NCBI GenBank assembly: GCA_003344405.1 | Contig: NOWV01000225.1 | Span: 1-64,000, forward strand | DNA from: Trichoplax sp. H2 | Lineage: Eukaryota | Direction of reading: 5' to 3' | DNA: 64,000 nt | Shown: positions 29,701 through 43,600 of the stretch, piece by piece | Layout: the number at the start of each line of letters is the position of its first letter | Position numbering within the stretch: position 1 is the stretch's first letter | Program-made: the position numbers and the translations under genes | Notes under the pieces: model-generated | Told to the model about the DNA's origin: nothing | Database searches by the model: none | Seen by the model: only the letters and a program-made list of their open reading frames with translations

Positions 29701-30391
29701 ATTTGAAATAGTCAATTTTAATTATTCATAGTACAAATGCTACCATCAATCTTCTTGATAAGCTCTACTTATTTCGTATCTCATCACATGAGAGATAAGC
29801 ACATCATATCTAAGCTAAACTTGATATCACTTCAATTCGTTACTGATATCACTACAATGTGGACTTTATGCCATGTTCTAAAAGAATACAAGTACAATAC
29901 GAAGGGCTAAGAAATATCAACTTAATTTGGCACTAATACTATAATCATTCGATAATCTAACGGTCGAAAAAAATAACTTGTTAGATGTATACAACTTGCA
30001 CAAATTGACATCTACTTAGCATTATTTCGTTGTTTAATGTCATCTAAACTTTAATTATTACTAAAATGTGATATTAAAGTACTGTTCAAAATCAGTCTAC
30101 TATTTTCTAGCGGCATACATTTTCTTGTTCAGGATCGATATCTTGCACATAAACATCGATTAGTCCTTCAATTTTAATCTGTTCTATAATTAATCTTTTA
30201 GATTCCTCAATATCGTCTTCGTCGACTTTTACTGCATCCTTTTTACCAGTGTCTACATCAGTTCTGTTTTCATCACTGTTTGACATTGCATAATCGAGAT
30301 TTTTTACTGGTGTAAGAGATTCTCGAAAATTCTGTTTCACATCTTTTTGGCTAAATCCATCATTTACAAGCTCTGGATTGGTATTTGCCAT
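14731..30391 (-). CDS. Voltage-gated sodium-channel-family alpha subunit, Nav2-type, paralog B (multi-exon, complete); filter DEDA
   Basis: All four domains are present. Pore segments are TSQDAWD (about 25958-26109), [15 protein letters not shown] (17829-17882) and MTAAGWTD. The III-IV linker is [12 protein letters not shown] (16968-17090) and the IQ motif is IQRAYRKW. Intron positions largely match paralog A. No frameshifts were seen. Confidence 0.93.
16284..16500 (-). other. U12-type intron (AT-AC, with an alternative in-frame AG 3 nt downstream) in DIV S1-S2, paralog B
   Basis: 5'ss ATATCCTTT, branch-like TCCTTGAC, 3' end ...ATCTAC|TAG|GC. Confidence 0.8.
18760..18920. repeat. Short tandem duplication, about 70-bp unit, 2+ copies, intron of paralog B
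   Basis: GAAAAATAATTT...ATAGTTT.AATAATTTGTT..ATAGAACTAAC.ACAAG is repeated. Confidence 0.7.
21610..22400. repeat. Degenerate tandem repeat, about 110-bp unit, about 7 copies, in the DII-S4 intron of paralog B
   Basis: CTAACAATCTAACCTAC-like anchors recur at about 21711, 21823, 21929, 22042, 22152, 22262 and 22379, each followed by ATAATCTATTTTGAG...CACAGGCAAATTT...ATAAGT. Confidence 0.85.
22870..23270. repeat. Degenerate tandem repeat, about 125-135-bp unit, about 3 copies, intron of paralog B
   Basis: TTATCATGAAA(C/T)TAT occurs at about 22874, 23009 and 23132. CTATGG(C/T)ATCAATTAGG(T/C)ATCATAAAA occurs at about 22932 and 23190. Confidence 0.7.
28611..29142 (-). other. U12-type intron (GT-AG subtype) before DI S1, paralog B
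   Basis: 5'ss GTATCCTTT, branch TTCCTTAAA, ends ...CAATAG. Splicing restores TSQ-YFEM. Confidence 0.9.
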
Positions 30392-33300
30392 CTTTCTAAG
30401 ACAATACCAGCTGATACACCAAGTAGATGTAAGGTGGATCTTTTGTATGATTCGGAAAAATAAGAGAGTTAAAAATTGAGAATATTTTAACTTGTTTGCT
30501 AACGTTACAATTAAATGATATTTCGTTTTAAATTGAACTTGAAATTATTTAGGATACTAATACAACGAAAGCAATCAATTCTGTAAAAGCTATATTGATC
30601 AGTGAAAAATGAATTATTCATTATTCAATACAATTTTTAACAATGTATTAAATAAGATATAATTACACGGATAATTTCATTAAAAGGAAAGCTTATGTTT
30701 TACCATCTGGTAATCGCCATTTCATTCCGTCATCGATCGTATACAGTTTAGAATAATCACTTAAGTTCATCTTCTTTTAAGATGATCTGATCCTATGAGA
30801 AGCACTATTTTGACCTTCCTTACTAGAGCACTAGGGATAGTTTTATATGCATAACATACTTAATGCGAAACTGAAGGTATAAGAGACAATATTTGAGACG
30901 CTAATAAAAATAACTCACCAGAAAGAAAACATATGAAATCAATTCATTCTTATTACTATTATAGCAATAATTTCAACTTGGCTTTGCTACCATCTATCGT
31001 AGTATTCTTTTTCAATCTATAGCCTTCACATCACAATGGCCTTTATGTTAAGACCAAAGATAGCGGTCTACTTTAGTTTGGTACTGCTACAATATGGTAA
31101 GCTGCGACGTTAATCGGCTTACCAACTAATTAGCTTAACCTAACTTTGCACTACAGCACTTTGTCTGTACACTACAAGATAATAAGGTATCGGACTTACC
31201 TATAAATTAGGCTACTCATACTAAGTTCTAAGAGCAAGACCTTAATACAGTATATCTGCTGATAGATGTTACCGTTATTCATATACTGAAATAGAATGGC
31301 TACATCAATGGATATAACAGGCATCTTTGCTGTGTCATTCATAAACTACGCCTTGTTACCCCGTTAACTGCCAGTATTGTTTCTCTTAATATTATTATAA
31401 TTCTTGTATGAACAGTTTTATATTCTTGGTTTGACCGAAGTTGGCTACAAATTTTAGCAGTTAGTTTTTTACAGTATAAAATAAATCAGCTTCCATCACT
31501 TAACCTTAAGAAATAGATAGTAAATAGAACTAGAATTTAAAATTGGAACAGAATAGAAATACAAATAGATACAATAGACAGTAATTGGGAACCGTACACG
31601 AAAATAGCCCTCATGTATGGAAAACAATTCTAGCCTTATTGCTTTACCGACCATGTTTCTCATACAGTATATGAGTCATAATATTATTATAGTTTCTTTG
31701 TAGGCGTATTAAATGTATTTCATTATAATCGTAAAATTATTACTTATAAGATGTAATTAGCAGACAATTACAGCAATAACTGTATATGTTGTACAAAAAT
31801 ATGAAACATAGAACTATAGAATGGCAATACGCAATATTCTTAGTATTTCATATTGGTATTCTACTGTTCTATGTTTGCAGACATAAATAAGCCCAATAAC
31901 ACGGCCTAAGATTGAATCCTATAGCAGATTATACCAGACAAAATTTAAAGCCACATCAATAGATAGAAGATGTAATTATTTATCTATTTTTGACTTTTCA
32001 TTAGTTAAATTGTTCGGTTTATGAGATTAAAATTAATTATAAATATATATTGTACTAGGTGCTTAGTACTGTTACAAACTGGGATCAGTCATAACACAGC
32101 AACACGATGTAGGAAAGTAATTTCTATACTATCACTATAACTCGATACCGCTTCATCGATATTAGCATCCCTAAAACGAATCTAATTTATAGTCGCTAGG
32201 CAATCTACTACAAAGGAACTATGTTACCCATAAGGCCCCTGCCAACTTCAGTGGATGATTCTTCACACGAAGAAATCAAAGAAAACTCCTCATCATTTAT
32301 TAAGCAAGATATGCTGGCTTAAATAGAACTTTAGCATTATTATTATTAGAGTGATAGCATAAAGGTTACAATTTTAGTAATTTTTTTCAAGCTTAAACGC
32401 CAGCGCGTCCAAAATGTTTCATTCAGGATGTCCTAAAAATTTAGTCTAATCCTGTAAATTATAGTAGTTCTAAGATATAATCTATCTTTACTTCCACTAT
32501 AATTTTAATAGGGTTTCTAGACACTATCTACGGATAACATTCATTCTAAAATTACCCATTCAAATTTAGAAAGTAGCTAAACAATATAATAATACGAAAT
32601 ACTATAGTTATGACAGAAACCTAGTATAAATATCGCTAAAACCTATTAATAGTCCGACCTAGTCCGATCTACAATCCCATCTATGAATTTACAGTTCATG
32701 GTATTTTAGCACCATAAAAGTCTTTACGTTCTACTTCAATTAATAAAATAAATCAACTAGAACATGATACTAAGATCAGAAAGATCAGCGTCTCTAATAG
32801 CCATAAGACCAAGGTTTAGGAACAATAATTTGATGATTAATTTATCAATGCTTTTATTTCTCAATTAATAAAAGAATTTTATACTGTATAATTTGGTCAT
32901 GAAATAAAATTGAAGATCGATTGTAAATTAAATTTACGATCTTAATATACATTAACAGAAATGATCTCAACCTATATTTATGATTATAAATGAATGCTAA
33001 TATTGCTAGTATTCATTAAATTACAATTAATATTATTAAGTGATAAGCAGTGCAAACACCCTATCAATACAATTATAGGGTAAAGCTGTAAAAGTTCATC
33101 AAAGTATGGCTATTTAGTAATGGAAAAATATTAGAATGAAACTAACAGTTTCAATCGTGCTGACTTTAATAATTACGATTATCAGTGTAATTATAAGCAT
33201 AAAAGATAGAAGATGCGGTAAATACAAAGTAACGAGTATGAAACATGAAATTTGGATGCGATTAAAGCAATAATCAATAAATAATTTAACAAAATAATCT

Positions 33301-34660
33301 CAATATCTAAATACTAATTTGAGTTCTTCTTTATTATCAATATGCCTGATGTTAATCGCATATGATAAAAAAGTATTAAGGAGTCTATAACAATTTATAA
33401 GAGTAAAAATAAATCAGTTACTTATATTTTCGATAATCACGATTAGACAGATTGTATTTGGTATTTTATCCAATAAATGCGAAATCAGAAAGCAAGCGAA
33501 TAAGCATTGGGTCTCTTGTCACAGTTAGTGCACATATAAAGAATTAACGATCAGTAGAACTAATTTAAAGCAGCAAAATTCCTAGGTTCAAGCATTGGCG
33601 TCCGCAGCAAGCTAAGAATTTAATTAATGAATGATTAAAGATACAAAATTATAGCTCGATAAACTAACAAATTATTCGTTGAATGGTCATATCATCTGTC
33701 AATATTCTCTTATAATTATATTATTTCATTTGTTACAACATTGGTTACAGTACTCATTATCGAGCTAATTTTCTTATTGAAATTTATAATAATCATTCTG
33801 AAAATGAATTTATGACTTTACAAGGAATTTCAACTGTAAAAGTAATCGCTTATAGATAAAATCTTGTTTTCAATTTAGCGTCATAATTGAAATAGATCAA
33901 ATACTCAACTAGATGTTAGCACGCTATTCGCAATTAGTGTGATAGGATAATTATTTAAATATTGGAGTAAATCAAAGGAGAACTAATTATTTGCTATCAT
34001 CATTTTAATGATTTATATAATCCTACTGATCATTATGCTGAAGTATACTGACATAATAATATAAATGTACATCTATGACCGTCAATATTGGACGAAAAAT
34101 AGTTTAAAAATCATTCTGCTACAGGTTTGTATCACATATTAGTTGTTTAGCTTCAAGCAAACCAATAAAAATATATTAGATACTATATTAAAATGCATTA
34201 TCAAGCAAATACAGAATTAAATTCCTTTGCACATAGCTTCAATAAAATTATAATTACTTAGCAACAGTCTCCGATTCAAGAATGCAAAGAATATAATCAG
34301 ACTTTAAAAGTACTGTAAAATATTTCTTGAATAGATCAACACTGAGTTTGTATCCATGTATTCAATTATAATTAGAATATATTTTGTCATCGATATGATT
34401 ACAAATAAAAAGCAATCATTTTGACATAAATTACAGACATTATCTGGTAAGGCTATTTCATCAAGAATGTTGATTTCAATTAAAATTGATGAGACATCAG
34501 TATTAAATACCAGCACTACAAATGTTTTGGAAGGTTTGATTTGTTTTCAAAAATACACAGGGATACGATTATATTATTGCCATTGATTCAATATCCCATA
34601 AATAATGATGCTATAATCATGACGAAATGATATTAGGCAGCCATCCTTTTTTAATTAGTG

Positions 34661-37600
34661 TTAATGACGCCTGCGAGAATGAACATGTCGATAAGTTGCC
34701 TTATGGATATCTGATCGATATTTCCATTGGCGATAGGCGCGTTGAATAACTTTAGCAGCCCAATTTTCACGACTTAATTGCATGGTTGTTCTAGCATTAC
34801 GATTAGCACTATCTGCTCTCCAGTTTGGAAAAGCTTCAGCAAATTTTTTCTCCATTTGCCTTTTTAAAATAAAAAATTCTTCAACTGCTTGAGTCCCTTC
34901 TTCAAATGGATTACCTAGAACACGAAATAATAAACCTTCCAATATATCTAAACAATGCAATCGATCTTCATCATATAACGGTAGATTTAGAGCAACACAA
35001 GCATATTTATTCGGTTGTGGTATCTTGAGTGGTGGATTCAAATCAGCTACAAATTGTGACAAGAAATGGTAATCGATAAATTGGGTTGCATATGGATCAT
35101 ACTTGGACCATAGCTCGTAATACATGTCGATATCACCGGTTGTAATACCAATTTCCTCGTCTTCCACTACTTCCTGATAGTTGTTTAAAATGATAGCGAC
35201 ATACATATTGACCAAGACTAAAAATGTTATAAATACGAATGTCACCATATATGGTATTGCTGCACCAGGATTGCCACATGTTCCAGTAGGTGCTAGATTA
35301 GTTAACGATGCATTACAGTTAGGCCCATCTGCCATTAAAGAATCGAGGACATCATTCCAACCAGCAGCTGTCATTAATCGAAAGAGTAGCGCCATAGCAT
35401 TGGGAAAGGTCTCAAAATTGATTGTATCAGTGATGGTGCCATGATGAACCATGCTACCAAATAACGACATACCAATGATAGCATAAATAAACATAACCAA
35501 GAAGAGGAGGCAACCAATATTAAGTAATGCTGGTAGGGACATTGCTAGCGACATTAACAATCGCCGAACACCTTTAGCCACTTCAATTAATCTTAAAACT
35601 CGCGTTATTCTAAAAACCCGTAAAACGCGCAAAACACTAGGACTAATTGGAATGCTATTGGTTTGCGCAATGATATCTAAAACCAAACCTATTAAACAAC
35701 AATTAACCAAAGATTTCAATTCTATGACTATTAACCACACAACAAGGTGTACATATATTATATATACTATAGGTAGAAATATTAAACTAATACTGTAAAC
35801 TATCCATCTATCTATCGCTACAGTAATTCAACCTTGCTATACTCGTACATTAACCTTCCACAATCAGAGGTAAAAATAGATTTGGTGTAATTTAATAATC
35901 AACTTCTAAGTATAATATTCGAGTTTTGCTATCGAAATGGACTATTCTAAATCTTCGCTATTAAATTTCTTTTGGTTAGAAATGAAGATTAATGATTTCC
36001 TAGGAAATTATTGTAACGCTGATATCGTCTTAGATCTTAAATCATATAATTTTAATATTCCATTGCAGAAATAGAAGTTTTTATCTATAAACTAGCACTT
36101 ACCAATAATTGATAAGATGACAATACAGAAATCAAATACATTCCACGGAATATTAAAGTAATATCGTCTCATGGCCAGAATTTTCAAAATGGCTTCAAGG
36201 GTATAAATGGAAGTGAAGATAATGTCTATGATTCGTGTTTGCCGGGCAAAATAAATGAAAAGCCACGACTTTGGTTAAGAAGAATAAGATTAATCTATAT
36301 CATTATACATTAATCTTAAAATTTATAGAATGTAAACAGATCTCATACTTTTATTGGTAAATGTAGTACTCAAGTTAGTATCCCGTTTTAATAAATCTTA
36401 CAACTTACTCTACTGCATAAATTAGCCCTAAGCAGCTAGTTATAGTTTAATAATGGCGTATTTCTAGCTGATTTTATACAATCTAGTAGAAAAGGATATG
36501 TAAAGCATCGGAGACTTCCTTGGCTTCTTGGTAATGATTGACCATCATAGTAATTGTATTAGCAAATATGATTGTCATAATAAATAAATCGAAACGTTGA
36601 GTCTGAACATAACCTAGCAAATGATTTTGCCATTTGTACTGTAAAATAGAAATAAAGATGAGGGAAAAAGAACAGTAATTAAAATATCGAAAATAAATGA
36701 AATTAATAATAAATATAGCGGTAACAAAATAATCTGTTGACGAAACAGTTTTTAGCCCTATAAACTACTTACTCTGCTTGGTGGGATTTGTTTGGTAGGC
36801 TTTTTCTTAGATAACTTTTGCATAGTTTTATACCATTTCTTCTGGCTTTCGGTTAATAAAATATCAGTTGGTATACCAGCGGCATTTCTCTCGTACTAGA
36901 AATATTCAACAGATTGAACTTATAACTACTCATATTTATATAATAATGTCGTGCAACTTAATCCTAACTTACTGTTCTTTTCAATTTATAAAAATTATCA
37001 ATGATAACACTGACAATCAAATTGAGAGTAAAAAAGGTGCCAAAAAAGATGAATATAACGAAATAAACGTATGCCCCCTTGTTATAGAGTCGGACTGGTT
37101 GAAGATCAATCTAAAAAGTATACGAATAAGAGGAATAGAATTTAATAGCTTGTCTTCAATTTTTGCTTCTTCAAGTCTTGGTACCGCTTAGGCGAAAATT
37201 TGACTTCGTATATATTTTATAAAAAATTGCCATCTTACTCCTTTAGCATCAGTCGCATCTCTCATAATTTCCATCCATCCTTCAAATGTAGCCTATTTAA
37301 GAAAGAGTTTATGAACTTTAGCAAATGTGCATGGAGATCTATTGTATAAATTTATATATTTTGCTAATGCTTATTTGCTAAATATTTATATTGGACTAGT
37401 GGTGATATGAATTAAATCATAATAGAAACTTATAGCTCAGGACTGATAAACATATATTAAATAGAGACATAAAATAAGCACTGATACGCGTTGAATTACA
37501 GTTGAGACGAGTATACAAGTACATAAATTAAGTCAGGGTAAAAACTTACAACTTGAAATAGGGCTAAAAATGCCGCCGGTACGGAATCAAAATTAATCAA

Positions 37601-40600
37601 TGAATTCTGCCATGTTAAGCCATTATCTAAACAAACTGTCCTATTTGGAATAATGCTTGCATTCATGCGATTTCCGGCAGCATCTTCACATTTATAAAAT
37701 AATCCGCCAAAGATATACATTCCACTAATACCAAATATTAGCCACAAGATTGCCCCAACTAAAATTACATTAGCGATGGACGGAATTGAACCAAAGAGAG
37801 CATTCACTACCACCTACGAGTAGTCATAAATAGGAAATAGAATTAGCTTATAACATCGTTCAGCTGTAATTTAAATTTTTGACGCTTATAACCCTAGCAT
37901 GCAATATCGTTTAGCTACAATTAAAATTTCTACATCTCTAATTTTAGCATATAATATCATTTAGCTATGATTAAAATTTCCACTACCTTCATGCCTTCCC
38001 AATGAGATACAGCGCGCAAAGGTCTTAATGCTCTTAGCGTACGGAGTGATCGAAAAGCTGCTAAATTGCGTAGGATAATGGTCACCAACGAGATCTAATT
38101 AAAGATAGGTTGAATTAGTGTTATGCAGCTGATATGCCAATATATTTACACGTGTAATCTGATAATCCTACCGCTACAATAGATGCATCTAGCAGATTCC
38201 ATGGATTTGTAAAGTAAGCAACAAAACCTAATCCAATCCATTTCAGGACCATTTCCACCGTAAAGGCTATCGCAAAGAAGACATTAAGGGCTTCAATTGC
38301 ACGAGCTAAATCTTGGCGTTGAAGGATATAAGCATCTTCTAGAGCCTATCCATAACAGTCATGTTATAAAAATTGGAATTAGATTCGTTCCATTAAAGAC
38401 TGCAAAATTGAACTTATTCGATCACATTTATAAATTTATTGATCTATTCTCGATCGTAAACATAATCAATTTCAATCCTCTGTAATTTAATACCACTTAC
38501 CAAGATGACACTGCTAGCAAATATTAGAAGAAGAATAATTCCTTCGAAAACTCGATGCTCAACCAATCGTTTAACATAGATTCTCATTGTTACCCAATAG
38601 TTTGTTATTGCCCATTCGTCTGAACGACAAGCGGGAAAGCATTTGGATACAAACCGTGGAAAACAGGGGGCCGGTAAATTAGTGGTAGTGGCTGCTTCTT
38701 CAGCATCACCGACTGTTGACTCACAACGAGATGCTGACCAATCCTATCGATGAAATAGGAATATTTCTCAAAAAAGGAATTTTGTGTTATATTCTACATA
38801 TGAGACCGTACACTACATACATATATACTACAGACTGTATATATACATAATTACTACTTATTATATTCTATATATTATATGCCTATATTCAAGGATTTTA
38901 AATGAATTCATATGTACCCGTTTGGAAATAGATTGAAAATAGTTTACCTCATCTTCATTAGCGTCGATATCTCCATCCGAGCCGAGCCTTACAAATGACG
39001 AACGAGAAACCTGTCCACGACGTAATGGTGGAGTTGCTACTCTTGAAGGCTTATCATCACTACTGATGATAACTTCATCATCGGATTCATCACTATCTTG
39101 TTCTGGATAGTAATAATCGTCATCATCTTCACTAAGATGGCTATGATTTCGATTAACAGATCGGGTACTACGTCTTCGATCGATAATTAAACGAGTTTCA
39201 TTTTTCGATTCTAATTGTGTGACTGATTTAGACATTAGAGAAGTTTTAGGATTGGAGATTCCATTATCAAGATTTTCACTGCTAGCTATTCCAGTCCCAA
39301 CATGACATAAAGTCAATCCGCTTCCACTATGATGCCGCGTTCCAACTGGTAAATGATTGCATGATGCACTCAATGCCTTCCCATTACTATTCGTTGATAG
39401 AAGGCCATCATTCTTTTTTGACGATGTTGCATAAACTTTATTACGTAAATCAACTGGATAATCTGATTCGTTATTCGAACTTCTATTAGACGCATTCACA
39501 GCCATAAATTCTATTTTAGATTCTATTGGTATAGTTTGTACGCTATTTTTGCTACGAGTTGTATTTCGCAGATCTTGAGTCATTCCTCGTAAGTCGTGGC
39601 CTTGAAGACTAATATTAGGTACACTTTTTCGACTCCGTTGTAAATCTTGAGCAGATGGAATGATAAAGCCGCGTAAATCAGTGATTGATCTGGACGGAGC
39701 ATCGCTAGTCTTTCTACCAGGTATAGGCTCCAATTTAAATACTTTACCTTGCTGTATGGGTAATGATGATCCTGGATAACCTAAATCGATAGGATCCATG
39801 ACAATACTCTGTGATATGACTGATGACTCATCTTCTTTATTAGGTGGATTAATCTCTGCTACTTCTGCTCTTTTACAGCAGCCAAAATGAGCTCGCATAT
39901 AAAAATAAAGTTTATCTGCCCTTAAAATTTGTGCTAAGCGCAACGCAATTGAAATCATGGGTGATGCTCGGCGATTATTAATAATAGTATCTTGGTCATA
40001 AGTTTCCGTAAAAGATACGTTTTCAAATGAGCTTAATAATAAGGCTAAGAACAAATTTAAGACTAATAAATTACCAATAACATAAGCAGAAATGAAAAAG
40101 ATAATACTAGCTGGATTAGTGGCTCGCATTGCTTCATATAATGGTTCGACCCATTCGCCACATAAGACACGAAAGATTAGCATAAACGAATCGAAAAATG
40201 TATTAAAATTCCAGCGTGGGAAATTAACTGTACTATAATAGTTGAGGTAAGGTTGACGAAATATCTTCATGCCCAAGACAGCAAAGACGTATAATACCAA
40301 GAATAGGATTAATGTGACATAAAAAATAGCCGATAAACTACGTACAATTGCTCGAACTAATGTTCTCATTGCAGTCCATGATTGAGCTAATTTAAAAACT
40401 CTCAATAAACGAAATGTACGCAATACAGCTAAGCCCCGATTTTGTTGGAGTATAGTAGATAATATAAAATCTAAATAACTTACAATGACCACAAGGCCAT
40501 CAAAGACATTCCATTTACTACTAATATAGCCAGATGGAGTAAAAGCAATTAACTTTAGAACCATTTCCAAGGTAAAAATCCCAGTAAATACCTGCCAAAT

Positions 40601-43600
40601 AAACGTAAACACAGCGTAAGAAATTGCCTACTTAAGTGTTTCTAATTGCTAAATCTTATTTGTTAGTAGTAAGAATTTATTGCAATATATCGTTTTGTAT
40701 CACATTCAAATATTTTAAGTAGTAGTTAATTTATATAAGCTAGAGTAAATAAATTGCTATAGATACTTTAGATTCTTTGTAGAATCGATACTAATTTTGT
40801 TTCGATTTAACTTTTAAAACACTATCTTGGAAAATTTAGACGTCGTTATTTCGACCTTCCTCTACGTAGTATTGACATCGTTATATAATTTTAGTCTAAT
40901 AGAAGCAAAACTATACTATGACCAATTGGTTATATTATCATTTTTTCTACTTTTTTATTGCATAACGTTGTAAGACTGCTATGGTAAACTAAGCATAATA
41001 CTTACATAATTTGCAATTTGAATGACGTTATTAAGGCTAGCCTTTCCAGGATCATTTCGCGGATTAGGCTGATATAATGCCATAAATAGAGTATTTAATG
41101 CGATGCAAAACGTAATTATCAAGTCAAACAGTGGATCGGTAACTATTTTATTGATTGGCGATCGAAATGTTTGCCAACATGGGCCTTTACCAACTCGTGG
41201 AATGGAAGGATCCGTAACTGAATCAGACATCGCAGGATCACCATTCTCTGATTCAATGCTGACAAGTTCTTTAGCTATGACGTAGAAGGTAATTTAAAAT
41301 AATTATTAAGATCACCACAAGTATTAGCACCAAATATTCGTTATTAGATACATTGAATTAACTATAATCAGGAGCGAAACAACATATTATATTGGTTAAA
41401 ATATAGTACCGTAGCTAATTGACAAAGCAATAAACCAATAGTATTTGTAGCTGATTCGAATTCACTCAAATAGAAGCTGGAAGCTAATATGCACAAAAAT
41501 GAAACATCTATAATTTACTGTAATACTAAGCTAATAATACGTTAATATCAATATCAATACACAAAATTAAATCGTTTTCCAGTAATAAGCGTATAGAAAA
41601 ATTGACTGTGATACTGATGTAGCAAAAGTGAACCTTTCTATAACTATGAGAAGAAATTTTTGAAATAAGCCTATGAACTATAAAATACTTATTAGCTTAT
41701 TTCTGTGCAGAAATATGCTATCCTATCGGATAATGGAAATGAGCAAATGAGATCAGACGTATCTCAAAATATCGGTTTACACGTAATTATAAATAATTGG
41801 ATACCAATCATCGGTTAGATTAAATTCTTAAATGGATCCTTTATTTTACCATTAGAATTTACCTTCAGCAATAGCTGGCTCAGCAAATCCTCCAATGGAT
41901 TCTCTAGCTTTATTTGGGGCCTTAGCATTAAGACTAATTAGACTATTTTCGCGTGATTTTAGAGAAAACCCTGCTTGACTTATTGATGATGTTTCCAATG
42001 ATTCACTCTCCTTGCGTTTACCGTTGCTTGCTTTTGCGGATAAATTTTTACCACGATTAGAACTTGTTGTGGACGATTTTGCAAGATTACGTAGCGCTAA
42101 TTGAGTTGATTCGTTAATTAGTTCATCTAAGCTATCATTATCCTTAGCTGCTTTTCGTTGAGTTGGACGATGATGATGATCTTCATCATTTTTGTCTGCA
42201 TCATCATTCTCAGTAATAATGGCTGCCTCTCTCTCTTCAACTGAATGATCATGTTCACCTTTCTGAAGAATTTGCAATTCTAACGATTCTCGCTGTTTAA
42301 TAGTAGTACTACTGCTTAAGGAGGAGGCGTTAGTTAACTCTGTCGAGGTTAGCGATGAAATACTGTTTGCACCTCGTCGTTCATTCTTATTATCATGTCT
42401 GGAATTAGAAGATGCTTGACTAGATTGTCCATGATTCGGATCAAGGCTACCATCAGATGAATTCGATGCCATATCCGAATGATTATTCTGTTTACCTGAT
42501 ACCTTCGATGCCTCTTGCGATTGTGATTTGGTATAAGGTAGCGAATCTAACGGACATTCTCGATTAATTTCAATCAATCGTCGTCGTAATAGATCTTTAT
42601 TTTCCATAATACCAGACAGTAATGCATCTTCATATAAACTCGTTCTTTTCATCAGGCGTCTAGGCGATGATTGAAGGCTTTGATTTTTCTTAATTGCATC
42701 ATTCTCGGTGTTTGTTGTATTAATGCTGATGGCATCTTTTTTAACCGTACCCTCTTCGATATTGGATTGGCTAGGATTTTGAAGTGTCCATAATGTGGGT
42801 GCTTTCTCAGAATAGTATGGAAATACGGATGATTTCTTCGTTGCTATCATCATTTTACTATGATTAAGCAGCTAAAGCATATTGAATAGCATTAAGAGTT
42901 TAGAAATTGGATCTCAATAACGATCAAATATGAATAACTATAGTAATCAATTGTATCTGTAAATCGATTCTATAGGCTATCATGTATCAATAATTGTATT
43001 AAATCTCTTTACCAGATCATGCATTAGGCGATCTTCTTGATTATACGCCATAGATACAACAGCTATAACTAAATTTAGCAGATAGAATGATCCCAAGATG
43101 ATAACAAAGACGAAAAATAAGGCATAACCAATGTCTACTGCATCAGAAATCTGAAAAATGAAGAAAATGAAATTGAGAATACGATTAAAAGGGTCGATTA
43201 CAATTCTAATTTTATTGACTGACGTCGTGATAAATTTGTTAAACATACGAAGGCTGTATTATAAATTTGTTCTAATTAAGTTAGCTATACTCTAAATTTA
43301 TTCACACATTAATTGTAAAAGAGAAGGTACCGGTAAAGTTTTAAGTGAGTTTGTAAATCTAAGACTTTTGAAATTTATCGTATATTATACTCTACCTTAT
43401 TATATGGGTCTTCCCAAAAATCCATAGTAACTAGTTGAAAAGAATTTAATAAAGAGATGGGAAAATTATCGAAACTGGTATAGCCATCATTCGGATTTGG
43501 TAGTGCTCCTTCGTAGCAAACATGATTTGGGCTGTATTTGCTGCAACTCCTATTTCATCCCCCAAAAATTGTGATTAGACTTATATCATACTGAAGAAGA

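Noticed and set aside
1..30391. Paralogs B and C as pseudogenes
   Set aside because: All inspected exons are open, in phase and have usable splice sites despite strong divergence.
1132..41285. Plus-strand ORFs overlapping channel exons (for example 1132-1422, 14990-15211, 35181-35444)
   Set aside because: They are antisense shadows of minus-strand coding exons.
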